64,000 nucleotides of DNA from Hyphomicrobiales bacterium (lineage in GTDB: Bacteria; Pseudomonadota; Alphaproteobacteria; Rhizobiales; UBA4765). Numbering within the stretch: the first letter of the stretch is position 1; the number at the start of each line of letters is the position of its first letter. The notes beneath the pieces were generated by a model. That model had not been told where the DNA came from. It saw only the letters and a program-made list of their open reading frames with translations, and searched no databases. Positions 47,840-56,760 of this stretch are shown one piece after another. The DNA lies in the NCBI GenBank assembly GCA_965247525.1, contig OZ252015.1, forward strand, positions 1,310,210-1,374,209, read 5' to 3'. The translations under genes and the position numbers were made by a program.

Positions 47840-49132
47840 CTATGCCGGCTCGGTTTTTTGCTCATCCAGTTGCGCAAGGTCAATTTTCATGCGCAAAAGC
47901 TGCGGTGAGAAAAACGCGGTTGCAGCAACCACACCTAATGTGCCGACGCCGCCAAGGACAATGGCGGGCAGCAGGCCTAGAAACCGCGCCGCAACGCCGG
48001 ATTCAAAAGCGCCAAGCTCGTTCGACGAAATGATGAACATTGAATTGATGCCCGATACGCGCCCGCGCATGTCGGACGGGGTCATGATTTGAAGAATGGT
48101 CTGGCGCATGACCATGCTGACATTGTCAAAGCCCCCCGACAGCGCCAGAAACAGCATGGCAGAGGCATAGGATGTGCTGAGGCCAAAGCCGATCATCGAC
48201 AGGCCAAAGCCGCCAACTGTTGCCAGAAGCACGCTGCCCCGCAATGTTTGAAGCGGGCGTATTGCCAGCATGAGCCCGATGCTGACAGACCCGACCGCGG
48301 GCGCCGCCCGCAGCAGGCCAAGCCCTTCAGAACCCGTGTGCAACACCTCGGCGGCAAATACCGGTAGCAATGCAACCGCGCCGCCAAGCAGCACAGCGAA
48401 CATATCGAGCGCCATCACCGAGAGCACGACGGGATTGTTCCAGATATAGCGCCAACCGGCCTTGATGCTTTGGCCTGCGCTCTCGCCCTTTTTCTCATTG
48501 CGAAACAGGCGCGCCGTTCCGCCAAGACAGGCCAGCAAAACAAAGCCTGTGCTGAGAAGGGTCGCAGGGATCAACCAAGCAACCGCAGCGCCATACCCGC
48601 CATAAATCAAACCCGTAAGCGCAGGCGCTGTGATGGTTCCGACCTGAAACCCAGAACTCATCCATGCCGCACCTGCGGAAAAAAGCTTGCGCGGGACAAT
48701 TTGCGGAAACAGCGAAAAGGAGGCGGGCATGGCAAAGGCGCGGGCAATGCCGGAAATGATGACGCCTGCAAAAATATAGGTGACAACGCTGATGCCGGGC
48801 GGGTGAACAAGACCGCCTGCGACAACGAACAGGCCGATGGCATTTAACGCCAGAACGGAGATGCAAAGAAGATACACCCTGTGCGGCCGCGACTGGTCAA
48901 CGATATGCCCGGCGATCACAGCACAAACCAGAGCCGGCAAAGCTTCGGCAAGACCGGCAAGGCCAAGCATTAACGGATCATGGGTCAGCGAATAAATCTG
49001 CCAGCCGACGATGACGGCCTGCGCCTGCATGGCCATAAAGGTAAAAATGCGGGCGATCAGCAACAGCCGAAAATCCCTGATGCGCAGAACGTCGATAGAA
49101 AGTTTGGGAAGCGTGCGTTTCATACGTGCCAC
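47840..49132 (-). CDS. MFS transporter
   Basis: About 12 TM helices. GTG start at 49132; ATG alternative at 49123. Confidence 0.8.
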   Translation of the reverse strand: MARMKRTLPKLSIDVLRIRDFRLLLIARIFTFMAMQAQAVIVGWQIYSLTHDPLMLGLAGLAEALPALVCAVIAGHIVDQSRPHRVYLLCISVLALNAIGLFVVAGGLVHPPGISVVTYIFAGVIISGIARAFAMPASFSLFPQIVPRKLFSAGAAWMSSGFQVGTITAPALTGLIYGGYGAAVAWLIPATLLSTGFVLLACLGGTARLFRNEKKGESAGQSIKAGWRYIWNNPVVLSVMALDMFAVLLGGAVALLPVFAAEVLHTGSEGLGLLRAAPAVGSVSIGLMLAIRPLQTLRGSVLLATVGGFGLSMIGFGLSTSYASAMLFLALSGGFDNVSMVMRQTILQIMTPSDMRGRVSGINSMFIISSNELGAFESGVAARFLGLLPAIVLGGVGTLGVVAATAFFSPQLLRMKIDLAQLDEQKTEPA

Positions 49133-49165
49133 ATTGATCTGCGCCGATCGCGCCCGTCAACTGGC

Positions 49166-49786
<621 letters not shown>

Positions 49787-49842
49787 GGCTCTTCAAGCTT
49801 TCCAGATTTATCATCACAGCGCTAGAAAAAAGCGCAGCGTTT

Positions 49843-51684
49843 TTAAGGTTGCACGGAAAGCAAAACGCTCGCATCGGTGCTGAGATGGTCGATGATAAGA
49901 AAGCCGCCTTTTTGTTCGGCATGGCCGCAGGCGGCGCATGACACAAATTGTGCTTTTGCAGGCAGTTGCAGCGTCAGCCCGTCAACCGGTTGGGGCACTG
50001 ACAGCTGGACGTTGAGCTGTGTCGCGTTTTGCTGCACATCAATGCCGATCTGGTCGCGCGCTGTCCAGAACTGGCCAAACTGGGCCACGGAGCCGTACCA
50101 GGCGCTGTCTCCCATCGCTTCGACAAAGCCTTTTTCAAAAGCGAATTTCTGACCGATGACATCGGGATGAATCAAAATATTGAACAAGGCGCCGTATTTT
50201 TTGAGTTTTTCGGCCAAAACAATAGCCTGCGGCAAGCGGTCCAGCATCGGCGGGTCAAAAAGATCCTCAACCGTAATCGGAAACTCAAAAACGGGGACTT
50301 CGGCGATGGTGTCGCGGCCATAGGTCAGCTGAAAGGGAAGGTGGGTGATTGAATCATTGGCTGTCACAGATGAGCTGAAAAGGTAATGGGTCGCCGCCAG
50401 CGCCTGGGGCAGAATGTAGGGGTCGCGCAAATGGCCGGGGCGGAACGACACGACAGGCCTTTCCGGTTCAAAATGGTCGAGCAAAAATTTACTCACGCGC
50501 AGCTCGCCAAGAATTGTGCCGCCAACCGTGGTGTTTTTGTCTTTTACGAAAGGAACATAGTTGGGATAGGCTTCTTTGCCTGTGCCCATTTCAAATTTGT
50601 CGAAGCTTTGCGAGTGGGCAATGGAATGGCTGGCAATTTCCATATTCATGGCCCGAATTTTTGAAAGTGTTTTTGTGCCCTCGTCGGTAAAGAAAATATC
50701 ATCATTCCAGTCGCGCACATATTTGACCTGCATGAAATAGGTCGCGCTGATATGGTTTTCGCTTTCATAGGCGGCATATTGCACGGCATTCAAAAGAGAT
50801 TTTGTGTAGTCAATGTCATGTGTCAGCTGCACAGTCAGTGCTTTTCCGTGCGGCACGGTCCACAAGGTCACGCCGCTTTGCTGGCCTTTGATGTAAACGT
50901 TTTTTAGAAAACGAAGCATGACATCGAGCGTCGGCTCATAAGCATTGACATAGCTGGTGGCGATATCCTGCTGCCGGTTGTTATAGCCTTTTTGCAAAAA
51001 ATAGCCGATGTCAAAGCCCAGCGCATACGCCGTGCCCGCCGCATTGCGCAAGATGGCCGGTGTTCCGTCTTGATAGGTTGCAATGGTGTTGGCAGATTGT
51101 GCGACATAGCTGTAAGCGCCGAGGGCAGGATTTTTGGCGCTGCCAATTTTCAGCGTTTTTTCATCGGGGTCGGTAAAGTTTGATGTCGCAGCATCGGCTG
51201 CTGAGAACAGCAGTTGCGTTGCGTTTTTATTCGGCACGACATCTTCATAGTTAAAAATATTTTTTAGCGCGCCGGTAAAAACCTGCTGGGCAATCAGCGT
51301 GCCGCCTTTTGATGGAAAGGCGCTGAGCGCGCCCAGCGCGTCCGCTGACAGGTTACGGCCTGTAATGTTTGGAAACACATAGACCACTTTATGCTTGAGC
51401 GCGGCCTGATAATCTGTCGTCATCATAAACGGAATGCCGATGGTTTTCAGGCCGTGCGCCAAGGCCATCCAGTCGGATGTCGTGTCGGTGAGCAGAACCG
51501 CCATCCGGCTGTCGGAGCCTGTGGCATAGACCTCCCATTTTGCGGGAGTTGGCGGTTCGACAATACTGACATCGCTTGGCCCCGACAGGTCTTTGAAGCG
51601 GTAGAAATAATCTTGGGACTGGTACCAGTAAGCGGCAATAGGGACGGCAAACAGCAAAAATGCCAAAAGGAGAACGCGTTTCAT
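49843..51684 (-). CDS. secreted or membrane-anchored protein with polysaccharide deacetylase (NodB/CE4)-like core
   Basis: N-terminal hydrophobic anchor MKRVLLLAFLLFAVPIAAY. THDIDYT and EIASHSIAHS resemble CE4 motifs 1 and 2. Confidence 0.5.
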   Translation of the reverse strand: MKRVLLLAFLLFAVPIAAYWYQSQDYFYRFKDLSGPSDVSIVEPPTPAKWEVYATGSDSRMAVLLTDTTSDWMALAHGLKTIGIPFMMTTDYQAALKHKVVYVFPNITGRNLSADALGALSAFPSKGGTLIAQQVFTGALKNIFNYEDVVPNKNATQLLFSAADAATSNFTDPDEKTLKIGSAKNPALGAYSYVAQSANTIATYQDGTPAILRNAAGTAYALGFDIGYFLQKGYNNRQQDIATSYVNAYEPTLDVMLRFLKNVYIKGQQSGVTLWTVPHGKALTVQLTHDIDYTKSLLNAVQYAAYESENHISATYFMQVKYVRDWNDDIFFTDEGTKTLSKIRAMNMEIASHSIAHSQSFDKFEMGTGKEAYPNYVPFVKDKNTTVGGTILGELRVSKFLLDHFEPERPVVSFRPGHLRDPYILPQALAATHYLFSSSVTANDSITHLPFQLTYGRDTIAEVPVFEFPITVEDLFDPPMLDRLPQAIVLAEKLKKYGALFNILIHPDVIGQKFAFEKGFVEAMGDSAWYGSVAQFGQFWTARDQIGIDVQQNATQLNVQLSVPQPVDGLTLQLPAKAQFVSCAACGHAEQKGGFLIIDHLSTDASVLLSVQP

Positions 51685-51843
51685 CTTTGCCTCAATGTTG
51701 CCAGCGCGCCAGATTTTGCGGTGTTCAGCTTTGAGCAGTTTAAGAGTGTTTCACCTTGTTTCGGCAAGTCCAATTTACGCAGCTGCACTGATAAACGGGT
51801 GCAGGCTGATGTCTTTACAGGATGACCAGCGCCGGCAGGTTAT

Positions 51844-52389
51844 TTATTGCGCAAGAAGGGTGCGAATATTGCTTTCCGTTTCAGCGTAATTTCCTTCGCC
51901 AAAATGCGTGTAGACAACCTGCCCCTGCTTATCGATGAGGTAAAAAGCGGGCCAGTAATGGTTGTTGTATCTTGTCCATGTGTCGAGCTGATTGTCGACG
52001 GCCACGGGATAGGTGATCCCGAATTTTGTCACGGCGGCGCTGACATTCGCGATTTTCTTTTCGGCCTCAAATTCGGGCGCCTGAACACCAATTACAATGA
52101 GACCCTGTTCGCGAAATTTTTCATTCCACGCTTTCACATAGGGTAGCGTATTGACGCAGTTGTAGCAGGAATAGGTCCAGAAATCGACGAGCACGACCTT
52201 GCCACGCAAAGCGGACAGACGCAGCGGCTTGCTGTTCAGCCAAGCCTCGATGCCCGAAAACTCCGGCGCGGAATAGGGCTTGGCCAGTCCCTCTTGCAAG
52301 CCGGCGCCGGGCTTTGCCACCGCGGCGTTCACGCTGGCAAAAACAAAACTCAACGCAGAAGCAATCAAAAGACAGCCGAGACTTTTCAT
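51844..52389 (-). CDS. periplasmic thioredoxin-fold (TlpA/redoxin-like) protein
   Basis: Signal peptide. FWTYSCYNCVNTLP CxxC motif. Lies 5 nt downstream of msrA. Confidence 0.82.
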   Translation of the reverse strand: MKSLGCLLIASALSFVFASVNAAVAKPGAGLQEGLAKPYSAPEFSGIEAWLNSKPLRLSALRGKVVLVDFWTYSCYNCVNTLPYVKAWNEKFREQGLIVIGVQAPEFEAEKKIANVSAAVTKFGITYPVAVDNQLDTWTRYNNHYWPAFYLIDKQGQVVYTHFGEGNYAETESNIRTLLAQ

Positions 52390-52394
52390 GGATT

Positions 52395-52994
52395 TTACCG
52401 CGCTGTGTAAAGTGAAGGGAATGTTTTTTGCAACTGCACCACTTTTGGCGCATCATAGGCAACGATGTAAGGATAGTTTGGATTAAGTGCCGCGAAGTTC
52501 TGGTGATGGGCTTCTGCAGGATAAAAGCCGTTCAAGGGTTCGAGCGTCGTCACGATTTTTGAAGAATACGCACGCTCGCTTGCAAGTTTTGCAATGTAGG
52601 CATCCGCCGCCTGTTTTTGCGGGGCGGACGTGTAAAAGATGGCCGAGCGATATTGCGTGCCGCTGTCAGGGCCTTGATAGTTCAACTCTGTCGGATCATG
52701 GGCCACTTTAAAGTAAACGGCCAAAAGCTGGTCCAGTGAAATCTGGCTCGGATTGTATGTGACGCGCACCGATTCCGCGTGCCCTGTCGAGCCTGTGCTG
52801 ACGTCGTCATAATGTGCGGTTGCGGCCGCTCCGCCGGCATAGCCTGAGGTTGCGTCGGAGACGCCTTTGAGATGTTCAAACACCGCTTCGACGCCCCAAA
52901 AGCATCCGCCAGCCAGTACAATCTGGTCGGCTTTGGCAGGTTCGGTCACGGCGCCAAGGCAAAGAGCAAGTGCAGTCATAACAGCGAGTTTCAT
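52395..52994 (-). CDS. msrA: peptide-methionine (S)-S-oxide reductase with signal peptide (periplasmic MsrA)
   Basis: MKLAVMTALALCLGAVTEPAKA signal, then the GGCFWGVEAVF catalytic motif. AAGGAAA RBS. Confidence 0.9.
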   Translation of the reverse strand: MKLAVMTALALCLGAVTEPAKADQIVLAGGCFWGVEAVFEHLKGVSDATSGYAGGAAATAHYDDVSTGSTGHAESVRVTYNPSQISLDQLLAVYFKVAHDPTELNYQGPDSGTQYRSAIFYTSAPQKQAADAYIAKLASERAYSSKIVTTLEPLNGFYPAEAHHQNFAALNPNYPYIVAYDAPKVVQLQKTFPSLYTAR

Positions 52995-53003
52995 TGGGTT
53001 TCC

Positions 53004-53162
53004 TTAAACTTTGATATCGAATGAGGTTGTGAAATTCAGAGCCGCCGATTGCGCGGCCGTGGTTTTGTCATGCGCGGGATCAAACCTGTCCTGCTTGTCA
53101 CGCACCAGCTCGGCATATTTCTCGGCCGGTGAGGAGCAGGAGGTGCAGCGCGATATGCTCAT
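53004..53162 (-). CDS. candidate small ORF (52 aa, CxxC near the N-terminus) heading the msrA operon; not in the ORF track
   Basis: My translation: MSISRCTSCSSPAEKYAELVRDKQDRFDPAHDKTTAAQSAALNFTTSFDIKV. ATG...TAA ends 9 nt before the msrA ATG. Third-position G/C bias resembles neighbouring genes. Weak RBS. Confidence 0.3.
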   Translation of the reverse strand: MSISRCTSCSSPAEKYAELVRDKQDRFDPAHDKTTAAQSAALNFTTSFDIKV

Positions 53163-53257
53163 AAAGTGTCTACCTTTGCGTGGTGGTGGTTAACAAACAG
53201 GCGACCCTTCCCCAAAGGGGAATTGTAAAACGCCGGGATCACTGGCATAGCTGTCGT

Positions 53258-53284
53258 CTCGAACGCACGGAAACGACGGGTTAC
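53258..53284 (-). promoter_or_regulatory. candidate ECF (SigF-type) promoter for the small-ORF/msrA/thioredoxin-like operon
   Basis: Minus strand reads GTAACC-N17-CGAG. The consensus I recall for Caulobacter SigF is GTAACC-N16-CGAA, so this is an imperfect match. Confidence 0.3.
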
Positions 53285-53309
53285 CTCCTTATTCGGGCAA
53301 AGGCTCAGC

Positions 53310-53855
53310 ATGGTTACACAGCCTGAAAAAAACCAGCGTATTTGCGACCTGATGCTCGCCGGTTGCAGAGGCGACCAAGCAGCCTATGCCTGTTTTTTAA
53401 AAGAAATTTCCAATGACCTGCGCCGCTTTTTACAAAGGCGTATGCCCAAAGATGACGTTGAAGATGTCTTGCAGGAAATCCTCATTTCCGTTCATAAAGC
53501 CCGCCACACCTATGATGGTGTGCGCCCGATCCTGCCTTGGGTCTCGGCGATTGCACGTTTTCGCTTAAGCGATTATTTGCGCAAACATTACGCCCGCGCC
53601 AAACACGCCACAATTGATATTACCGAATTGCAGGACAATCTTGCACAGCCCGTAACCGAAACCGGGGCCGATACCGAATACCTGAATGACGCGCTGCGTC
53701 AGTTGCCGCACAGACAGCAGAAGATCATTCATCTGATGCACACGCAGGGCTACACGGCAAAAGAGGTGGGGGGGCAGCTGAACATGAATGAATCGGCTGT
53801 AAAGGTTGCGGCACACAGGGCTTATAAAGTGATAAGGGCACGTTTAAATAAATAG
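53310..53855 (+). CDS. ECF sigma factor (SigF-like, partner of NrsF)
   Basis: Region 2 (LQEILISVHKARHTYD, PWVSAIARFRLSDYLR) and region 4 (QQKIIHLMHTQGYTAKEVGGQLNMNESAVKVAAHRA). Its stop lies 1 nt before the nrsF ATG. Confidence 0.88.
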   Translation: MVTQPEKNQRICDLMLAGCRGDQAAYACFLKEISNDLRRFLQRRMPKDDVEDVLQEILISVHKARHTYDGVRPILPWVSAIARFRLSDYLRKHYARAKHATIDITELQDNLAQPVTETGADTEYLNDALRQLPHRQQKIIHLMHTQGYTAKEVGGQLNMNESAVKVAAHRAYKVIRARLNK

Positions 53856-53856
53856 A

Positions 53857-54501
53857 ATGGGTAAGATCGACGGGTTGATCGACAGTTTGAGCAGCGAGGC
53901 CGCCACTACAAAGCGGTTGCCGTCTCCGCTTGTTCAGCTTTTGCGCGCCGGTCTTGTTCTTGTCGTTTATGCCATTGCCGCCAGTCTTTTTCTCGGACGC
54001 AGGCCAGATCTCGCCTTTCAGATTGAGCGGCCGTTTTATTTGCTTGAGCTCATAATCTTGCCAATCATTGCGTTCTCCAGCCTTCGCGCAGCCTTTTATC
54101 TGTCCTACCCGGACAGCTATCAGCAAAAGCGCGTAGGGCTGTGGCCGCTGGTCAGCGGACTGGCTTTGATCGGGTTGATCCTTTTGCAGATCCTGATGCC
54201 GGCCGACAGCAGGATGCAGCTGCCTGAGGGTGTCAACGGCATGGACTGCGCCACCTGCATTTGTGTTTTTGCCATGCTTCCTTCAGCATTCTTGTTTGTT
54301 CTGCTGCGAAAAGGCGCCACTACGCATCCGCTGCGGGCCGGGCTGTTTATTGCTTTAAGTGCTGCCAGCACAGGCTGTTTTATCTTGCGACTTGCGGAGC
54401 CCAATGACTCTCTGGTGCATGTTCTGCAATTTCATTATTTGACCACACTGGCCTGTGCCTTTGTCGGCACGCTTATCGGAAAATTCGCGCTTCGCTGGTA
54501 G
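53857..54501 (+). CDS. nrsF: NrsF-family (DUF1109) membrane anti-sigma factor
   Basis: N-terminal IDGLIDSLSSEA helix, 6 TM helices, and Cys in periplasmic loops (GMDCATCIC, STGCFIL). Confidence 0.82.
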   Translation: MGKIDGLIDSLSSEAATTKRLPSPLVQLLRAGLVLVVYAIAASLFLGRRPDLAFQIERPFYLLELIILPIIAFSSLRAAFYLSYPDSYQQKRVGLWPLVSGLALIGLILLQILMPADSRMQLPEGVNGMDCATCICVFAMLPSAFLFVLLRKGATTHPLRAGLFIALSAASTGCFILRLAEPNDSLVHVLQFHYLTTLACAFVGTLIGKFALRW

Positions 54502-54567
54502 TTGCCTTTATAAGTGCCGCCCAATCTCGTGTCTTTTAATAAAATTTATTTTTAATCTGGATTTTAT

Positions 54568-54593
54568 GTAACGTCCTTACCTTGGCTCACGAA
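54568..54593 (+). promoter_or_regulatory. candidate ECF (SigF-type) promoter upstream of the Cys-rich precursor gene
   Basis: GTAACG-tccttaccttggctca-CGAA (N16), about 110 nt upstream of ATG 54704. Confidence 0.5.
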
Positions 54594-54703
54594 TAAAACA
54601 GTAATCGCTGTGACGGTCTGGTCTTCTAAAGTCCTGCTTACGCCGCGGTTTCTTCCCGGGCTGTCACTTTTGAAGTCCGGTCATTCAAACAAGGAGTTCT
54701 CCA

Positions 54704-54955
54704 ATGTCATCATCTAAATTTGCTGCAGCAGCGCTTGCAGGCCTTCTCTCCGCTGGTGTTGTTTCGGTCGGTACCGTGCAAGCTGCCGGTCTCGATAAAA
54801 CAACATCATCAACAATGGCGTCAGAAAAGCATGCTTGCAAAGGCATGAACGCTTGTAAGGGCCAAGGCGGCTGCAAAGCCGGCGACAATGGCTGCGCTGG
54901 CAAGAACTCTTGCAAAGGCAAAGGCGGCTGCGCAACGGACGGCAGCAAGAAGTAA
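54704..54955 (+). CDS. bufA: Sec-signal, six-Cys Gly/Lys-rich RiPP precursor (bufferin-like, 6-Cys class)
   Basis: AAGGAG RBS 7 nt upstream. Signal peptide MSSSKFAAAALAGLLSAGVVSVGTVQA/AG. Core CKGMNACKGQGGCKAGDNGCAGKNSCKGKGGC. Lies immediately upstream of a DUF692 enzyme. Confidence 0.8.
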   Translation: MSSSKFAAAALAGLLSAGVVSVGTVQAAGLDKTTSSTMASEKHACKGMNACKGQGGCKAGDNGCAGKNSCKGKGGCATDGSKK

Positions 54956-54978
54956 TTTTACGCTTTATTTAAAAAACG

Positions 54979-55000
54979 GAAGCGGGACTTGTCCCGCTTC
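54979..55000 (+). other. intercistronic stem-loop between the precursor and the modification gene
   Basis: GAAGCGGGA-cttg-TCCCGCTTC (9-bp stem). No T-run follows. Confidence 0.6.
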
Positions 55001-55032
55001 TACACTTCATTCAATATCAAGGCGGTCATATT

Positions 55033-56760
55033 ATGAATTCTTCTTCACAGACATCGTGGGAAAAACCGGACAGCTTTTTTCCAGATCTGGGGTTCGGCCT
55101 TGGCCTGCGCATTGATCATTACCCGCATATTTTCAACCAGTGGCCTGATGTTGACTGGTTTGAAATCATCTCCGAAAATTTTATGGACACCGACGGCAGG
55201 CCGCTGCGCAATCTGGCGCGCATTCGTGAGCGCTATCCGGTTGTCATGCACGGCGTGTCGATGTCGATCGGCACTGTTGACCCCATCAATTCCGAATATA
55301 TGGCCAAGCTGAAAAAGCTGATGGACTGGCTAAAGCCTGCATGGGTGTCTGACCATCTGTGCTGGACAGGCGTTGCCCATAAAAACACGCATGACCTTCT
55401 GCCCGTGCCTTACACGGAAGAATCTTTAAAACAAATCATCTCACGCATCAAACAAGTGCAGGATTATCTGGAGCGCCCGATCGCGCTTGAAAATCCGTCA
55501 ACCTATCTTGAATTCAAAGCCTCGCACATTCGCGAAGAGGAATTCATCTCGCGCATGGCGGAGGAATCCGGCTGCCATCTGCTGCTCGACGTTAACAATG
55601 TGTATGTCAGCTGCTACAATCACCGCCTTGATCCCAAGGCCTATATCGACGCGATGCCGCTCGACAAGGTCGCGCAAATCCATTTGTCCGGACACACCAA
55701 CAAAGGCACGCATATCGTCGATACACATGACGACCATGTGGTCGATGAAGTCTGGGCGCTCTATCGCTACACCATTAACAAGGCACAGCGCACCATCACG
55801 ACCATGGTGGAATGGGACGGAAATATTCCTGAATTTGATGTGCTGAATGCGGAACTTGCCAAGGCAAAAGTCGCCGCTCAAGATGCTCATAATTACGGCA
55901 CGCTTCCCGACCTTGCCAAAAACCATCCCTATTACATTGCCAATATGGAAACGCCTCTGGTTGAACAACAGACCCGCATGCAGGCTGCGATTGTCACTGG
56001 GAAAGACCCTGAGCAAAATCCAGCGGCATGGATTCGCGAGAAGCCAGACTTTCCTGCCGCAGAGCAGCTGAACGTCTACATCGAATCCTATCGCTTCCGC
56101 CTCTATGATGTTGTGGCCGAAGATTATCCCGTCCTGCAGACCTATCTTGGCGACGATGCGTTTGAAAAACTGATCTGGTCTTTTCTCGACGCCGCGCAAT
56201 CGGAGCATTTCAATATTGGACGTTATGCCGCACGCCTTCCGGCTTTTTTAAAGCAGTACAATCCAGTCGATGCTTTTGCAGTTGAGATTGCGAAGCTTGA
56301 AAACGCCGTGTCGCAGCTGACAGACCCAGCAGAGACCGTCGCGCTTGAGCCGCAGCATCTTGGCGCCTTAACGGCTGACACATTAATGGAGATGAAGCTT
56401 CATCCGCGCACAGCGTTGGAGCTGTTTTCCTTCGCCTATCCCGTCAATGCCTATTACATCGCGGTCAAGGAAGAGTCGCTGCCTGAAAAGCCTGCGCTGC
56501 AGCACAGTTTTGTTGCCGTGTTCCGGCATGATGACGTTGTCTGGCGTATGGACCTTGGCGAAAACGAATACCATCTTTTGACAAAGCTTTTTTCAGGCGT
56601 GCCAATCGGGCAGGCCATGGACGAGCTGCAGCACGAGCGCGCGCTCCCCGATGATGCGCTGGCCGCCAATTTGTCGGACTGGTTTTCAAGGTGGATCCGC
56701 AACGGACTTCTTGCAAAAGAACCAATTTCACATCTCTCAGAAGAAAGTCATGCCGCATGA
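55033..56760 (+). CDS. fused DUF692 (MNIO, BufB/MbnB-like) and DUF2063 (BufC-like) RiPP maturase
   Basis: N-terminal ~300 aa TIM-barrel DUF692 motifs VMHGVSMSIG, SDHLCW, ENPSTY, LLDVNNVYVS, IHLSGH, DTHDDHV. The C-terminal ~270 aa are DUF2063-like (NVYIESYRFRLYDVVAEDYPVLQTYLGDDAFEKL). Confidence 0.85.
   Translation: MNSSSQTSWEKPDSFFPDLGFGLGLRIDHYPHIFNQWPDVDWFEIISENFMDTDGRPLRNLARIRERYPVVMHGVSMSIGTVDPINSEYMAKLKKLMDWLKPAWVSDHLCWTGVAHKNTHDLLPVPYTEESLKQIISRIKQVQDYLERPIALENPSTYLEFKASHIREEEFISRMAEESGCHLLLDVNNVYVSCYNHRLDPKAYIDAMPLDKVAQIHLSGHTNKGTHIVDTHDDHVVDEVWALYRYTINKAQRTITTMVEWDGNIPEFDVLNAELAKAKVAAQDAHNYGTLPDLAKNHPYYIANMETPLVEQQTRMQAAIVTGKDPEQNPAAWIREKPDFPAAEQLNVYIESYRFRLYDVVAEDYPVLQTYLGDDAFEKLIWSFLDAAQSEHFNIGRYAARLPAFLKQYNPVDAFAVEIAKLENAVSQLTDPAETVALEPQHLGALTADTLMEMKLHPRTALELFSFAYPVNAYYIAVKEESLPEKPALQHSFVAVFRHDDVVWRMDLGENEYHLLTKLFSGVPIGQAMDELQHERALPDDALAANLSDWFSRWIRNGLLAKEPISHLSEESHAA

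Noticed and set aside
53011-53193. 60-aa plus-strand ORF (TTG start) between msrA and the sigma gene
   Set aside because: It has a non-ATG start, no RBS and no downstream partner. The opposite strand holds an ATG ORF positioned 9 nt upstream of msrA, which is the more plausible, though still unproven, coding frame.
53652-53678. GTAACC-N17-CGAA motif inside the ECF sigma gene, as an internal promoter for nrsF
   Set aside because: It lies within coding sequence and has 17-nt rather than 16-nt spacing. A single short-motif hit at this length can arise by chance. It is worth checking only if TSS data exist.
54704-56760. Methanobactin (MbnA/MbnB/MbnC) interpretation of the DUF692 locus
   Set aside because: The precursor has a Sec signal and six Cys in a long Gly/Lys-rich core, not a short MbnA leader-core. 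The partner domain is DUF2063-like rather than MbnC. No MbnT/MbnM-type transport genes are present. The bufferin/gig type fits better.
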